The notes below the pieces were generated by a model that saw only the letters and a list, made by a program, of their open reading frames with translations, ran no database searches and was not told where the DNA came from. The position numbers were made by a program, and so were the translations under genes. Shown here piece after piece: positions 10,148 through 24,010 of a stretch of DNA of 64,000 nt. Within the stretch, counting starts at the first letter, position 1; the number at the start of each line of letters is the position of its first letter. Source of the DNA: an uncultured Actinomycetota bacterium (GTDB lineage: Bacteria; Actinomycetota; Actinomycetes; JAHEKZ01); assembly GCA_963743915.1 (NCBI GenBank), contig CAVURN010000003.1:64001-128000 (forward strand). Reading direction: 5' to 3'.

Positions 10148-10219
10148 TCGCCGTTGTGGACCTTCGTGCCGGCAAGCTCGGCGCACATCCCCATCAGACC
10201 GTCCTCACAGGCCGGTGCG

Positions 10220-11441
10220 TCAGCGGGTGCGTGAGCGACGGGCCCGGTACCGGTTGAGCAGTGACGATCCCACCGCCGTCCGATCGGCCAGGGCCGCCGC
10301 CTTTGCACGGTACTTCAGCAGCGACGCAGACCCCCGCATCTGTCGACGTAGCCGGTTCTCGGTGCGTCGCCGGTCGTCGCGCATCCGGCCCATCTCGACG
10401 AGGAGACCAGCGATCCCGTCGACCGCCGCGTCGATGATCTCGGACTCGGTGGGTTCGGCTTCACCGTCGGTGAGATCCTCCGTGACCTCGAGGACGCTCA
10501 GGTCACCCACCACGTGGCAGCCGGACTCGGACAGGCCCTCGATGTTGCGGGCCGTCTGCTCGAGCACCTCACGTGCGAGCGACTCCGGAAGCGCGGGTCG
10601 CCCCGAGCGCGAGCGGGGGCCGAGGATTCGACTGGCCAGGATGTCGCGGGCGATGCCACTGTGGTGCCACCGGGGAAACGACTCCGGAAGCGCGATGTTG
10701 ACCCGGCGCAGCACCTCGGCCTCAGCCATGCCGAGCGAGTCGTTGGCGGCGACCTCGAAGTCGGCGGCGGCTGCGGGGTCGACGCCGACCACCTGGGCGA
10801 ACCGCGTCCAGAGCTCGTCCTTCGGCGAACCTGGGGGCGGCAGCGTCATGAGATGGAACCGCACGGGGGGCAGCGCCGACGTCCAGCGGCGCACGACGTC
10901 CACCGGGTCATGCACGAGCCAGAACCAGCGCCCCGGGCCCTTCTTCCGTGACCCGAACACCTTGCTGACCCACTCGCGGTAGGACAAGCGGGACCGGTGC
11001 TTCACGTACTCCTGGTACTCCGACGGCAGCAGCCGGCCCAGGTTGCGGGTCGTGTAGACGACGTGGACCTCACGCGGAGCCAGGCTCTCGACCGCCCGCT
11101 TCACCTGCTCCGGTGACAGCGCGGCCAGGTGCTCGTCGGAGATGACCGTGCTCGGCGCCTCGCTCTTCACCGCGAGGTCAGCGAGGAGGTCCCAGCTCCC
11201 GGTCCAGTTCGGCCCAGGATCGTCGGGGTTGAACTCCACGCCGCGGATGTCGTTGCCCGCCCGATAGTGGTCGCCCCGGGCGTCGCCGACGACGTGGAGG
11301 CCGGCCTTCCGCAGCTGCTGACGGTTGCGCCAGAGGATGCCCTGCAGGTACGTGGTCCCTGTCTTGGGTGCACCGACGTGCAGGAACACCCGTCTGGTGC
11401 CGGCGGCGTCCGAGCCGTTGCGCGAGCGGGTCTCGCCGGGC

Positions 11442-11452
<11 letters not shown>
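10220..11452 (-). CDS. Sulfotransferase-fold protein, paralog 5 (last gene of glf operon)
   Basis: HVGAPKTGTTYLQ, SDE, RNLGRLLPSEYQEYVK, NDSLG; overlaps the end of glfT2. Confidence 0.75.
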
Positions 11453-14608
<3,156 letters not shown>

Positions 14609-14627
14609 TCACCGAGGATATCGGTCC

Positions 14628-15611
14628 TCAGCTGCCCGCCAGCACCCGGCGGTCCGGGGGCTTCCAGGGCGCGCGGGCGATCCTGCGGGCCTCGCGCCAG
14701 CCGCGGATCAGGGTGCCGGTGCCGCTGAGCGTGTGCTCGACGTACACCAGTCGGACCTCCTCCTTGAGGAAGGTCAGGGCGGTCCCCGCCCCGAAGCCGA
14801 TGCGGTGGTAGGTGCCGAGGTGCTTGAGGTAGTGCGTCATGTAGCCGCGGTTGCGCATCACGTGGTACCGGAACAGGTCCGACCCGTCGTTGAGGTGACG
14901 GACGGCCAGCGACACCTGTCGCTGCTCGCGCTGGCGTTTCAGGGCGAAGTGGTCGACGTACAGCACCTTGGTCACCCGCGACGCCAGCAGCGCGTAGACG
15001 GCGTCGTCCCAGGTGATGAAGAAGCGAGGATCCGGTGGGCCGATCTCGGCCACCACCTCCCGTGAGACGAACATCCCCTCGAACACCCCCGAGTTGGTCT
15101 CGAAGCTGTCCTTGCCCTCGCTGAAGGGATCGCGCAGGTACGGCAGGGGGATTCCGAGGTACTCGTTGATACGGGGCTGCCAGAAGAAGGCGCCACCGTG
15201 GAAGTCGATGCGCCGGCCGTGGATGCAGCCGCCCTTGGGGGTGAAGGGCAGCAGTCCGGCGAGCCCGTCCGGCAGGGCGATGACGTCGTCGTCCATCAGC
15301 CAGAACCAGTCGTGCCCGTCGGCGAAGGCGGCCACGACGCCGGCGTGGAAGCCTCCGGACCCGCCGGAGTTCTCGGCCAGGTCGATGCGCCGCACCACCG
15401 GGTTGTCGCCGTACTCCCGGTCGAGGAACTCACGCGTCCCGTCAGTGCTGGCGTTGTCGACGACGTAGATGGCCTGCAGCGGCCGGGTCTGGGCGAGGAG
15501 CGACGGAAGCAGGTCGGCCAGGAACTCCTGGCGGTTGTAGGTGACGACCACGGCGGCCACCGACAGGTGGTCGAAGGTGTCGGGGGCGTCCTCGAGGGGC
15601 TCTGACGGCAC
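14628..15611 (-). CDS. GT2 glycosyltransferase, GlfT1-like initiating galactofuranosyltransferase candidate
   Basis: AVVVTYNR, VVDNASTDGT, NSGGSGGF, WLMDDD, FFITWDD; GTG start at 15611 with GGAGG RBS. Confidence 0.8.
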   Translation of the reverse strand: MPSEPLEDAPDTFDHLSVAAVVVTYNRQEFLADLLPSLLAQTRPLQAIYVVDNASTDGTREFLDREYGDNPVVRRIDLAENSGGSGGFHAGVVAAFADGHDWFWLMDDDVIALPDGLAGLLPFTPKGGCIHGRRIDFHGGAFFWQPRINEYLGIPLPYLRDPFSEGKDSFETNSGVFEGMFVSREVVAEIGPPDPRFFITWDDAVYALLASRVTKVLYVDHFALKRQREQRQVSLAVRHLNDGSDLFRYHVMRNRGYMTHYLKHLGTYHRIGFGAGTALTFLKEEVRLVYVEHTLSGTGTLIRGWREARRIARAPWKPPDRRVLAGS

Positions 15612-15679
15612 AGCACTCCTCCCAGCTCGCTGCCAAGCCATCATAGGTGGGTGCTGCAGCGCGCTATCGTGACCGGGCC

Positions 15680-16693
15680 ATGACCGAGGACCGCGACCCG
15701 TTCCAGTACCACTCGTTGCGCACGTCGATGTTCTTCCCGCAGTCGCGGCTGATGGTGGCCGGCAATCCCAAGGCGGCAGGAACGAGTCTGCGGTGGTGGT
15801 TGCTCCCCCTGCACGGAGTCGACGTCGACGCGCTGACCCGACGGTCGCTGTGGAGCGAGTCGGCGCCCTTCCAGACGGTGTGGGACGTCCGCGTCGACCT
15901 GCGCTACGCCTGGAACAACCTCGGTGACGACGAGCGCAAGGACGCACTCGAGTCCACCGACGTCCTCACCGTGCAGCCGGTGCGGCACCCGGTCACCAGG
16001 GCGTTCTCCGCGTGGTCAGGCAAGTACCTCAATGCCGAGCCCTACTACTCCGACCGGCTGCCCGCGTCGGTGCCCCGGGTCGAGGGGGACGTCGAGTCGC
16101 CGGAGCAGGTGGCAGAGCTGTTCGAGACGTACATCTGTGCTCTGGCTGCGCACGTCGACGAGAACGGGTGGAAGGGCTTCGACGTCCACTTCTGGCCCCA
16201 GCACCTGCTGCTCGGCCGACGCCCCGCGGGCCCGGTGCTGACGCTCCGCCAGGAGTCGCTCGCCGAGGGGCTCGCCGCCGTGCAGGAGCATCTCGCGTCC
16301 CATGGCATCACCGCGGGGCCGGCGCCACGGATCAACGAGACGATCGTCGCCTACCACCCCGACCTGGTGACCGCGACGGCCCTGGAAGTTCTCATCGCCA
16401 TGTACTCGGAGGACTTCCCCGCATGGGACTACCGTCCCGAGGCTCCCTCGGCGCGGCCGCGACCGATCGACTTCGCGTGGCTCAACGACGTACGGGGGCG
16501 CAACGGTCGGTACCAGGTGGTCCACGAGGCGGCCATGCACGGCGAGACACGTGAGCGCGAGCTTCTCGCGGACGTGGCCAGGGCCCGCACGCGGGAACAG
16601 GAGCTGCTGGCCAGCACGTCGTGGCGGCTCACCCGCCCCGTGCGGGCGGTGTCCGACGTCGTGCGACGCCGGAGGCGCTCGCGGGAGCACTGA
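15680..16693 (+). CDS. Sulfotransferase family 2 domain protein
   Basis: NPKAAGTSL, VRHPVTRAFSAW, DVHFWPQ, MYSEDF; C-terminal helical tail with STSWRLTRPVR. Confidence 0.72.
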   Translation: MTEDRDPFQYHSLRTSMFFPQSRLMVAGNPKAAGTSLRWWLLPLHGVDVDALTRRSLWSESAPFQTVWDVRVDLRYAWNNLGDDERKDALESTDVLTVQPVRHPVTRAFSAWSGKYLNAEPYYSDRLPASVPRVEGDVESPEQVAELFETYICALAAHVDENGWKGFDVHFWPQHLLLGRRPAGPVLTLRQESLAEGLAAVQEHLASHGITAGPAPRINETIVAYHPDLVTATALEVLIAMYSEDFPAWDYRPEAPSARPRPIDFAWLNDVRGRNGRYQVVHEAAMHGETRERELLADVARARTREQELLASTSWRLTRPVRAVSDVVRRRRRSREH

Positions 16694-16766
16694 GGCGCTC
16701 ACCCGTTTCCACCGGGCGGGCGGATCCGTAGGGTGGAGCGCAATTCCGACGGCGTGGGAGCGTGTG

Positions 16767-17918
16767 GTGACGAACAGTTCGAGCAAGCCGGTGATCTATC
16801 TCATCGGCACGAGCGGCTTTCCCAACTTCGGCGACGAGTTCATCACCTCCGCCTGGCTCCGCTACCTCGCACAGACCATGCCGTCGGCCGAGGTGTGGGT
16901 CGACAGTCCCCGCCCCGGCCAGAGCGCCGTCCTGCACGGCGACAGCCACCCGAACGTGCGGTTCGTGGATTCGCTGTACCACGCGGTCCTGAACGCTCCC
17001 TCCGAGTCCGCGGACGACACCCTGGCGTTCGGGCGCGAGGTCGTCGGCAATCCCGGACTGATCCCGCGTGAGGCTTCCGGCATCGAGTTCCTCGAGCACG
17101 TGGACGTGGTGCACGTGATCGGTGGTGGGTACCTGGCCAGCACCTGGCCGCGCAACCTCACCTTGCTGGCCGCCGCTGCTGCGATGGCGGAGCGGTACGG
17201 CACCCGCACGGCCCTCACCGGCGCGGGTCTGGTGCCGGCGGATCCCGAGGCGGTTCCCGCGCTGACCAAGCTGCTCGCCGGATTCGACGTCCTCGACGTC
17301 CGGGACCAGGCCTCTCACGCGCTGGTGTCGGCCGAGGCGTCCCATGCAACCTTCACCGGCGACGACGCCTTCCTGCACCCGCAGCTCACCGAGCAGGATC
17401 AGCGCTTTCCGGTCCAGACACTGGTCAACGTGCAGGGCGACTTCCTCACGCAACCGCTCGACGAGGTGGCCGACTACATCGCGCGCACCTTCAAGGAGTG
17501 GCGGGTCGACCAGAGCCGGGTGGTCGTCGTCGAGAGCCTGCCCCCCGACGACTCGGGTATCGCCGGTCTGCTCCGTGAGCGGCTTCCGCTGGTGGAGGTG
17601 CTGCCCTTCTCCATCATGTGGCGGCACGGCTTCCCGACCCCGCCACGCTCGCGATGGGTGACGACGCGGTTCCATCCGCAGCTGATCGGTGCCGCCAACG
17701 GAGGCTGGGGCGTCGTGCTGCCCATCGGTGGAGACCACTCCATGGTCGACCCCACCACTCTGATCGATGCGGGATCGGGCTGGGCGGCACCACCGGACCT
17801 CGACACCGTCGTCCCCTGGCAGCGCAGCTTCAGCGAGCCCTTCGACGGAGCCCTGCCGAAGCTGCGGGCCGACAAACGTGCGGTCGCCGACCGTGTGCGG
17901 GCCTTGATCCGCACCTGA
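16767..17918 (+). CDS. Polysaccharide pyruvyl transferase family protein
   Basis: GFPNFGDE, IGGGYL, DVRDQAS, GDDAF, TTRFH. Confidence 0.8.
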   Translation: MTNSSSKPVIYLIGTSGFPNFGDEFITSAWLRYLAQTMPSAEVWVDSPRPGQSAVLHGDSHPNVRFVDSLYHAVLNAPSESADDTLAFGREVVGNPGLIPREASGIEFLEHVDVVHVIGGGYLASTWPRNLTLLAAAAAMAERYGTRTALTGAGLVPADPEAVPALTKLLAGFDVLDVRDQASHALVSAEASHATFTGDDAFLHPQLTEQDQRFPVQTLVNVQGDFLTQPLDEVADYIARTFKEWRVDQSRVVVVESLPPDDSGIAGLLRERLPLVEVLPFSIMWRHGFPTPPRSRWVTTRFHPQLIGAANGGWGVVLPIGGDHSMVDPTTLIDAGSGWAAPPDLDTVVPWQRSFSEPFDGALPKLRADKRAVADRVRALIRT

Positions 17919-17919
17919 C

Positions 17920-18286
17920 ATGCCCCGCCGCACACTGCTGGTCCCGATCATGGTGCTCGGTGCGTGTCTCGCCGTCGGTGCCTGCGGTGACAACGACACG
18001 GACGCGGGAGTCGCGCCCTCGGCGTCACCGACCGACTTCGAGCCGTCCGGCAGCCCTTGTCTCGGCGGCGGGGGTCCGGCTGAGCCGTCGGACGCGGGGC
18101 CCGACACCGACCAGTACCTCGGGCTCACCGAGCAGGAGGCCGAGAAGCTGGCGAAGGACAACGCGTTCACCGTCAGGGTCGCCGGCACGCGACGGCGAGT
18201 GCTACGCGCTGACGATGGACTACCGCACCGATCGGGTGAACGTGTACCTGGAGGACGGCACGGTCACCGCCGCCATCATCGGATGA
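17920..18286 (+). CDS. Lipoprotein with I78/potato-inhibitor-like C-terminal domain (frameshift near 18190)
   Basis: Lipobox VGAC; YLGLTEQEA then LTMDYRTDRVNVYLEDGTV in the adjacent frame. Confidence 0.6.
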
Positions 18287-18320
18287 CGCGGCCCTGAGCG
18301 CATAGGGCAGGATCTGGGCC

Positions 18321-19475
18321 ATGGCCTTCACCTCAGATGACGTCTCGACCATCACCACTGCCGTCGACGGCATGGCCGACCAGCTGGTGAACCTCTCGCA
18401 CGAGATCTCCGCCGACCCCGAGCTCTCGTACGACGAGCATCGCGCCGCCGAACGCTGCGCGGCACTGCTCGAGAAGCACGGCTTCGAGGTGGAACGTCAC
18501 AGCTACGGCCAGCCGACGAGCTTCGCGGCACGCGTGGGCAGCGGCAAGACGCACGTGGTGATCTGTGCGGAGTACGACGCATTGCCCGTGGTGGGGCACG
18601 CCTGCGGCCACAACATCATCGCGTCGTCGGGCCTCGGCGCCGGCATGGCTCTTGCGCCGCTGGTGGACGCCGCCGACATGCGCCTCACCGTGCTCGGCAC
18701 CCACGCCGAGGAAGTCGGTGGGGGCAAGGTCGAGCTGATCGACGCGGGGGCGTTCGACGACGCCGACGTCGCACTGATGATGCACCCGACCCCGTACGAC
18801 GAGTACGGGCCGACCAGCCTGGCGATCGAGGAGTGGGTCGCCGTCTACACCGGGCATGCCTCCCACGCGTCGGGTGCACCTCATCTCGGCCGCAACGCTC
18901 TGGACGGTGTCGTCGCCGGGTACACGAACATCGGCCTGCTTCGTCAGTACCTCAAGAAGTGGCAGCAGGTGCACGGTGTGATCACCGAGGGCGGTGAGGC
19001 GGCCAACGTCATCCCCGAGCGCGCCGTGGCGTCCTACTACTTGCGCGCGATCGACATGGACGACCTCGAAGATCTGCGCACGAAGGTGCGCAACTGCCTC
19101 GAGGGTGCGGCGCGGGCGACCAACACCGAGGTCGAGATCAGCGTGAACGGGTACGTGTACGAGTCGTTGAAGCCGAACAAGGGACTCGTCGACACGTTCG
19201 CGGCCGCGTGCGAGGCCATCGGCCGGGAGTTCGCCGCCGACCCCGAGGGTGACAGTCCTGCGGGTTCCACCGACTTCGGCAACGTGAGCCAGCGCGTTCC
19301 CGGGCTGCACGCCGACATGGCGGTGTACTCCTACCCGGCGGTGAACCACCAGCACGAGTTCGCCGCCGCCTGCCGCTCACCCGAGGGCGACAAGACCATG
19401 CTGGACGGCGCCAAGGCCCTGGCGCTGACCGCGCTGGCCGTCGCCGCGGACCCGGGGATCCTCCAGAACACCTGA
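18321..19475 (+). CDS. M20 family amidohydrolase
   Basis: PELSYDE, EYDALP..GHACGHN, AEEVGGGK, MMHP, GSTDFGNVS. Confidence 0.9.
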   Translation: MAFTSDDVSTITTAVDGMADQLVNLSHEISADPELSYDEHRAAERCAALLEKHGFEVERHSYGQPTSFAARVGSGKTHVVICAEYDALPVVGHACGHNIIASSGLGAGMALAPLVDAADMRLTVLGTHAEEVGGGKVELIDAGAFDDADVALMMHPTPYDEYGPTSLAIEEWVAVYTGHASHASGAPHLGRNALDGVVAGYTNIGLLRQYLKKWQQVHGVITEGGEAANVIPERAVASYYLRAIDMDDLEDLRTKVRNCLEGAARATNTEVEISVNGYVYESLKPNKGLVDTFAAACEAIGREFAADPEGDSPAGSTDFGNVSQRVPGLHADMAVYSYPAVNHQHEFAAACRSPEGDKTMLDGAKALALTALAVAADPGILQNT

Positions 19476-19480
19476 CGGCG

Positions 19481-19532
19481 TCAAGTGTCCCTCAGGGCGA
19501 CGGAGTCGAGTGTCCCTCGGGGAGACACTCGG
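19481..19532. repeat. REP-like repeat/hairpin between convergent genes
   Basis: TCAAGTGTCCCTCAGGG and TCGAGTGTCCCTCGGGG, then inverted GACACTCG. Confidence 0.55.
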
Positions 19533-19543
19533 CGAGCCTGCGC

Positions 19544-20861
19544 TCAGCCGACGTCGTGGGCGGCCACGAAGACCCGGTCCGGGTCGTAGGTGGCGCGAAC
19601 CTCGGCCAGCCTCGCCCCGGCGTCCGGTGTGTGAAGCGCCGACGTGTCGGCGTGCTCGGCGAAGTTCATCAGCCGACGCGATGACACCGCACTGCCCAGC
19701 GAGCTGTGCAACGCCTCGATCGCGCCGCGGACAGCCTTGCCCGCCTCGGCGTCCGGCGTGATCCCGACCGCATACATCAGGAACGGTTCGTCCACCGGGT
19801 CGAGCGCGCCCGAAGCCGTGGAGGGACGCGCGAACGCCCCGCCCATGTGTCGCACCTGGAGCCCCACGAAGGGTGACCCCGGTCCGGAGTTCGCCACTGC
19901 CGCCGCGATCTCGGCGTCATCGAAGGCGTGGAGCAACCAGCCCTCGAGGTCTGCCGGCGCGGGTCCCGGCGGGTCCATGTGGATCGTCCCCAGCTGGTTG
20001 GCTGGCATGACCGCGAAGGTGTCCATGCCCGGTCCCAGGGCGCGCAGCGGTGCCAGCAGGTCGGACGCTTCCGCCTCGCCCATCAGCAGCACGGCCTGCA
20101 CGATGGCGAAGGACTTGCCACGCAGGGGTTCCGGAACCTCCGGGAACGGTGGAACGTTGATGACTCGACCGGTCGACGTGACGGTCTCGGGGACGGAGTC
20201 GGTCCACGCCCTCCAGGCGGTCAACACCTCCGCCGCGCGCTCCGCCGGGAAGAACAGGGTGCCGCCGTAGATCTGGGGGGCGTCGACGAGACCGATCTCG
20301 AGCGCGGTCACGGCGGCGAAGCTGCCGCCACCTCCGCGCAACGCCCAGGTCAGGTCGGGGTCACTCGCGTCATCGATCCGCTTCGTCGACCCGTCGGCGA
20401 GGACCACGTCTGCTGCGATGACACGGTTGCACGCGAATCCGTGTGCGCGTCCGAGCCAGCCGATGCCACCGCCGAGGGTGTAGCCGACCGTGCCGACGCC
20501 ACCGGACGAGCCCGCGAGCCCCGCGAGGCCGTGCGGTGCGGCGGCGTCCGCCACCGCCTGCCACTGGGCGCCGGCCCCCACGCGCGCGACCTTTGCGTCG
20601 GCGTCCACGACCACGTCGGTGATGTCCGTGCGTGCGGACCAGGACGACGTCACTGAGGTCGTGCCGGTGAGACGCAGCGTGGCCGGTGTTCTGGATCATG
20701 ACGCGGAACCCGCGCTCGCGGGCCTGCCGCACGGCGGCAGCCACGTCGTCGGCGCTCGTGGCGGCCACGACAGCCGCCGGCTGCTGGTCGACGGCGACGT
20801 TCCACGGCACCCGTCCTGCGTCGAAGCCTTCGTCGCCGGCGGTGAAGAGGGACGCAGCCAT
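19544..20861 (-). CDS. FAD-binding oxidoreductase, BBE/VAO family (frameshift near 20630)
   Basis: QNTGHA flavin His motif, GYTLGGGIGWL, WALRGGGG, YDPDRVF. Confidence 0.85.
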
Positions 20862-20864
20862 GTG

Positions 20865-21326
20865 TCAGCCTTTCGTGCGGGCGGATTCACCGGCGAAGAT
20901 CCCGGCAAGCCGGAGCATGGCGCGCTGCGTCTGGCGACGCAACCAGATTCGGAGAACCGGCCAGACCACCCGCTCGGACGCCGGCAGCGCCAGGGGCGTG
21001 AGCGTGAAGCTGACCCGCGTGGCGTCCGCGCCGACCGGCTCGAGCGCGAACGTGCCGTGGCTGCGCCGCTTGCCACCCGCGCCGACGCTCTCCTCGACGA
21101 TCCGGGTCGGGGACTCGACCGCGATCACCGTGATGTCGGCGAAGTCGCGCTTGTTGAGCGTGGTGCGGGTGCGCACCCCTGCCCCGAGTCCGCGGGCGGG
21201 GCCGAACGTGCTCCAGTCGACCAGGTAGTGGTCGTTGAACTGCTCGTGCGCGGCCGGCTCGTCGAGCAGCGCGAAGACCTGCTCGATCGGCGCGGGCACC
21301 TCGGCGGTGACGGTGAACGGCTTCAT
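20865..21326 (-). CDS. SRPBCC (polyketide cyclase-like) protein
   Basis: VPAPIEQVFALL start, terminal amphipathic helix, ATG with GAGGAG RBS. Confidence 0.7.
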   Translation of the reverse strand: MKPFTVTAEVPAPIEQVFALLDEPAAHEQFNDHYLVDWSTFGPARGLGAGVRTRTTLNKRDFADITVIAVESPTRIVEESVGAGGKRRSHGTFALEPVGADATRVSFTLTPLALPASERVVWPVLRIWLRRQTQRAMLRLAGIFAGESARTKG

Positions 21327-21338
21327 GGGGAGCTCCTC

Positions 21339-21400
21339 TTGTGACGCGGTGTCGCAATCTTTCGGCGACTGTGGCACACTTTGTGACACGATGTCAACAA
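21339..21400. promoter_or_regulatory. Palindromic TetR operator candidates in divergent promoter
   Basis: TTGTGAC-N5-GTCGCAA (21339-21357), GTGGCACA-N3-TGTGACAC (21371-21389), TTGTGAC-N5-GTCAACAA over the TetR start. Confidence 0.65.
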
Positions 21401-22029
21401 CGAACCCAGCCACCGAGCCGCGCATTCCGCGCGCCCCGCGCGTCCCTGCCTCCGAGGCCCGCCAGCGCATCGCGGACGCCGCCGTCCGCCTGCTGGCGAC
21501 CACCCGGTTCCGCGACCTGACGGTGGACGCAGTGATGGCCGAGGCCGGGCTCGCCCGCACCGTCTTCTACCGGCACTTCGACTCGCTGCCGGCGCTGGCG
21601 GTGGCGCTGCTGACCGACATGGTCGCTGACGTCGAGCGTCTCGCCGAGCCGCTGGCCGACGCGGACCTGCCCGAGCTCCGTGAGGGGGTGCTGCGCGGTC
21701 AGCTCGACGTGCTCGTGGACCGTTACGCCCGCTACGGTCCGCTGCTGCTGGCCTTCGACGACGCCGCCGCCCTGGACGCGGAGATCGAGGCGTTGCGAAC
21801 CGCGCAGCTGGAGCGGGCACTGGCGATGACGACGACGCTGTTCACCACCGGGATCGAGCGAGGCGTCCTGGCTCCGCTCGGTTCGCCCGGTGTGCCACTG
21901 GCCCTGGTGGTGATGAACCACGCGTACCTGCTGGCCGAGTTCGGACAGGGCGGTGGCGACGCCGACCGCGCCCGCGCGACCCTCTGGACCGTCTGGAGTC
22001 GAGTCACCGGACTCGGCTCCGACCTCTGA
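21391..22029 (+). CDS. TetR/AcrR family regulator
   Basis: IADAAVRLL...LTVDAVMAEAGLARTVFYRHF helix-turn-helix. Confidence 0.9.
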   Translation: MSTTNPATEPRIPRAPRVPASEARQRIADAAVRLLATTRFRDLTVDAVMAEAGLARTVFYRHFDSLPALAVALLTDMVADVERLAEPLADADLPELREGVLRGQLDVLVDRYARYGPLLLAFDDAAALDAEIEALRTAQLERALAMTTTLFTTGIERGVLAPLGSPGVPLALVVMNHAYLLAEFGQGGGDADRARATLWTVWSRVTGLGSDL

Positions 22030-22032
22030 CCT

Positions 22033-22215
22033 TCAGCAGCGGAGGCGTCGCGGACGGGTGAGCAGGCGCTCGCCGACGTAGACGCCGTCACCCTTGGGCG
22101 GGGTCGCACCCATCTCGTCGAGCTCGAGCTCGCCCCACTCGCGCAGACCCGAGAGAGAACCGGGCAGAGGCGCATCCACGATGCGATAGCTGTCGAGCTC
22201 GTCCGAGGTCGTCAT
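22033..22215 (-). CDS. Small hypothetical protein (about 60 aa)
   Basis: AGGAGGT RBS before ATG; acidic sequence; 3' end uncertain. Confidence 0.45.
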   Translation of the reverse strand: MTTSDELDSYRIVDAPLPGSLSGLREWGELELDEMGATPPKGDGVYVGERLLTRPRRLRC

Positions 22216-22297
22216 GGCACCACCTCCTGTGCAGGTGGTCACTGTCGCACCGGGACCGACACCCGCGGCGGTCGTGCAGGCGCTTCGCTCGGACGCG

Positions 22298-22576
22298 TCA
22301 GAGGCGCGACTCGTCGACCTCGATCGAGACACTCACCGGATCGCCGTCCGCCTTGCCGCGCCGCACCTTCTTGGGGACCGGCAGCATCCAGCCTGCGCTC
22401 TTGTCGCGCCACACGCTCGTCTCCCACCGGACGCCGTCGACCTCGGCGATGACCGGCACGCGGCCGAAGGCGCCGACGAAGTCCGGTGCGGCCTCGGCCG
22501 GCACCTTGACGAAGTGCCAGGCCGCCGGGCCCTCCCACTCGACCAGCTCGCCCTCGAACCCGTGTGCCACCAGCAC
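22298..22576 (-). CDS. DUF1905 domain protein
   Basis: AWHFVKVP, FGRVPV, WETSVW, LPVPKKVR; AAGGAGG RBS. Confidence 0.8.
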   Translation of the reverse strand: MLVAHGFEGELVEWEGPAAWHFVKVPAEAAPDFVGAFGRVPVIAEVDGVRWETSVWRDKSAGWMLPVPKKVRRGKADGDPVSVSIEVDESRL

Positions 22577-22623
22577 TCACGCCTCCTTCGTCGTCTCTGA
22601 CGCTAGACGCCGACACCGACAGG

Positions 22624-23764
22624 TCACACGAACCGGGAGACACCCGGTATCCGCACCACGAGAGACGCCAGGAGGAACGACCCGACCGTCCCCAGCACGC
22701 AGGCGAGCAGGAACTCCAGCTCAGGGCCCGAGGCTGATCTCGCGGGTCAGCAGAACTGCGCCGACCAGCACCAGCTGGTGCACGAGGAAGGCGGCGAACG
22801 CTCCGCGGCTCATCTCCTGCAGCAGGGGACCCTGGTGGTCGAACCGACGCCGGAACACGTCGATCAGCCAGATCGACATCCCGATCACCAGTGCGGCCTC
22901 GACGAAGACCAGGATCGCCGACGGCCAGTTCAGGCCGCCCGCGAAGTCCTCCGGTCCACCCCCGGTCGCCACGCTGAGGCCGATCGCGCCGATGATCACG
23001 ACCACCGACCCCCACGCGAGCCAGCGACAGCCGCGCGCGATCTGACGGGGCAGCTCGTCGAACCACCCGCGTTCCCCGCCCAGGCAGCCGAGCGCGAAGC
23101 CCAGCACCCAGCCCGGGGCCTGGCCCAGCGCCAGGCGATACGCCTCCTCGCCGAGCGGCACGTCCAGGCGGATGACGAACGATGCGACCGCCATCAGCGC
23201 CCCTCCCACGAGCAGGGGCGTCCATGTCAGCGGCGTCCGGCGTCCGGACGCCGGACGTACCACCCGGACGAGTGCGTAGCCGAACGAGAACGCCAGCAGC
23301 ACGCCGAGGAACCAGGTCGGCCCCGGCGCCGGCGGCCACCAGATGTCCACGGTGAAGGCCCAGAAGTCCCGCGTCATCCCCTGGGTGCTGTCGTCCACGT
23401 ACTCGACCGGAGGGCTGAACACGATGATGAAGAACAGCATCGGGACACCCAGCCGGACCGTCCGGTCGAGCAGGAACCGCCCTGCCCCCTTGCGCTCGAA
23501 CGACCGCGGGGTGAAGGTCCCGGCGATCAGGAAGAACAGCCCGAGCCCGAACAGTCCAGCGATCGCGGCGACGATGGTGACCAGCGTGAACAGCGGCTCG
23601 CGGAGGGGCTCCTCCTTCACCACCCAGTTTCCGACGTCGGTCCAGGCGAAGGTCGCGTGCGCCACGATCACGCCGACGACCATCAGCACCTTGAGGTTGT
23701 CCAGGTACGCCGTGCGGTGGGACGTCGGACGTCCGGCCGACACGACAGTGGCCTCGTCGCGCAC
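22624..23764 (-). CDS. Acyltransferase family 3 membrane protein (frameshift near 22722)
   Basis: YLDNLKV..VIVAH, LFFLIAG.F, RLGVP, GPTWFL, FLVHQ; last TM helix continues in another frame to TGA at 22624. Confidence 0.82.
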
Positions 23765-24010
23765 GCGTGAACACCTCCTGCGGGACCGAACCTAGAGGCA
23801 CTCACGAGGCGACGACAGAGGCTTTCGGGCGCACGCGTCGGCGTCCGGTCCTCCTGCCCACCGACCGACGTCTCGACGTCGAGATCACGCTCCGTCGCGC
23901 GAGGAAGCACGGTGTGTCAACCGCCCCGTTACGCCATGGCCCCCCGCCGCGCGGGGACGTAGCCTGCGCACCACCTCACCCTCATCCACCACGGGGGGCA
24001 GGAGGCAGTC

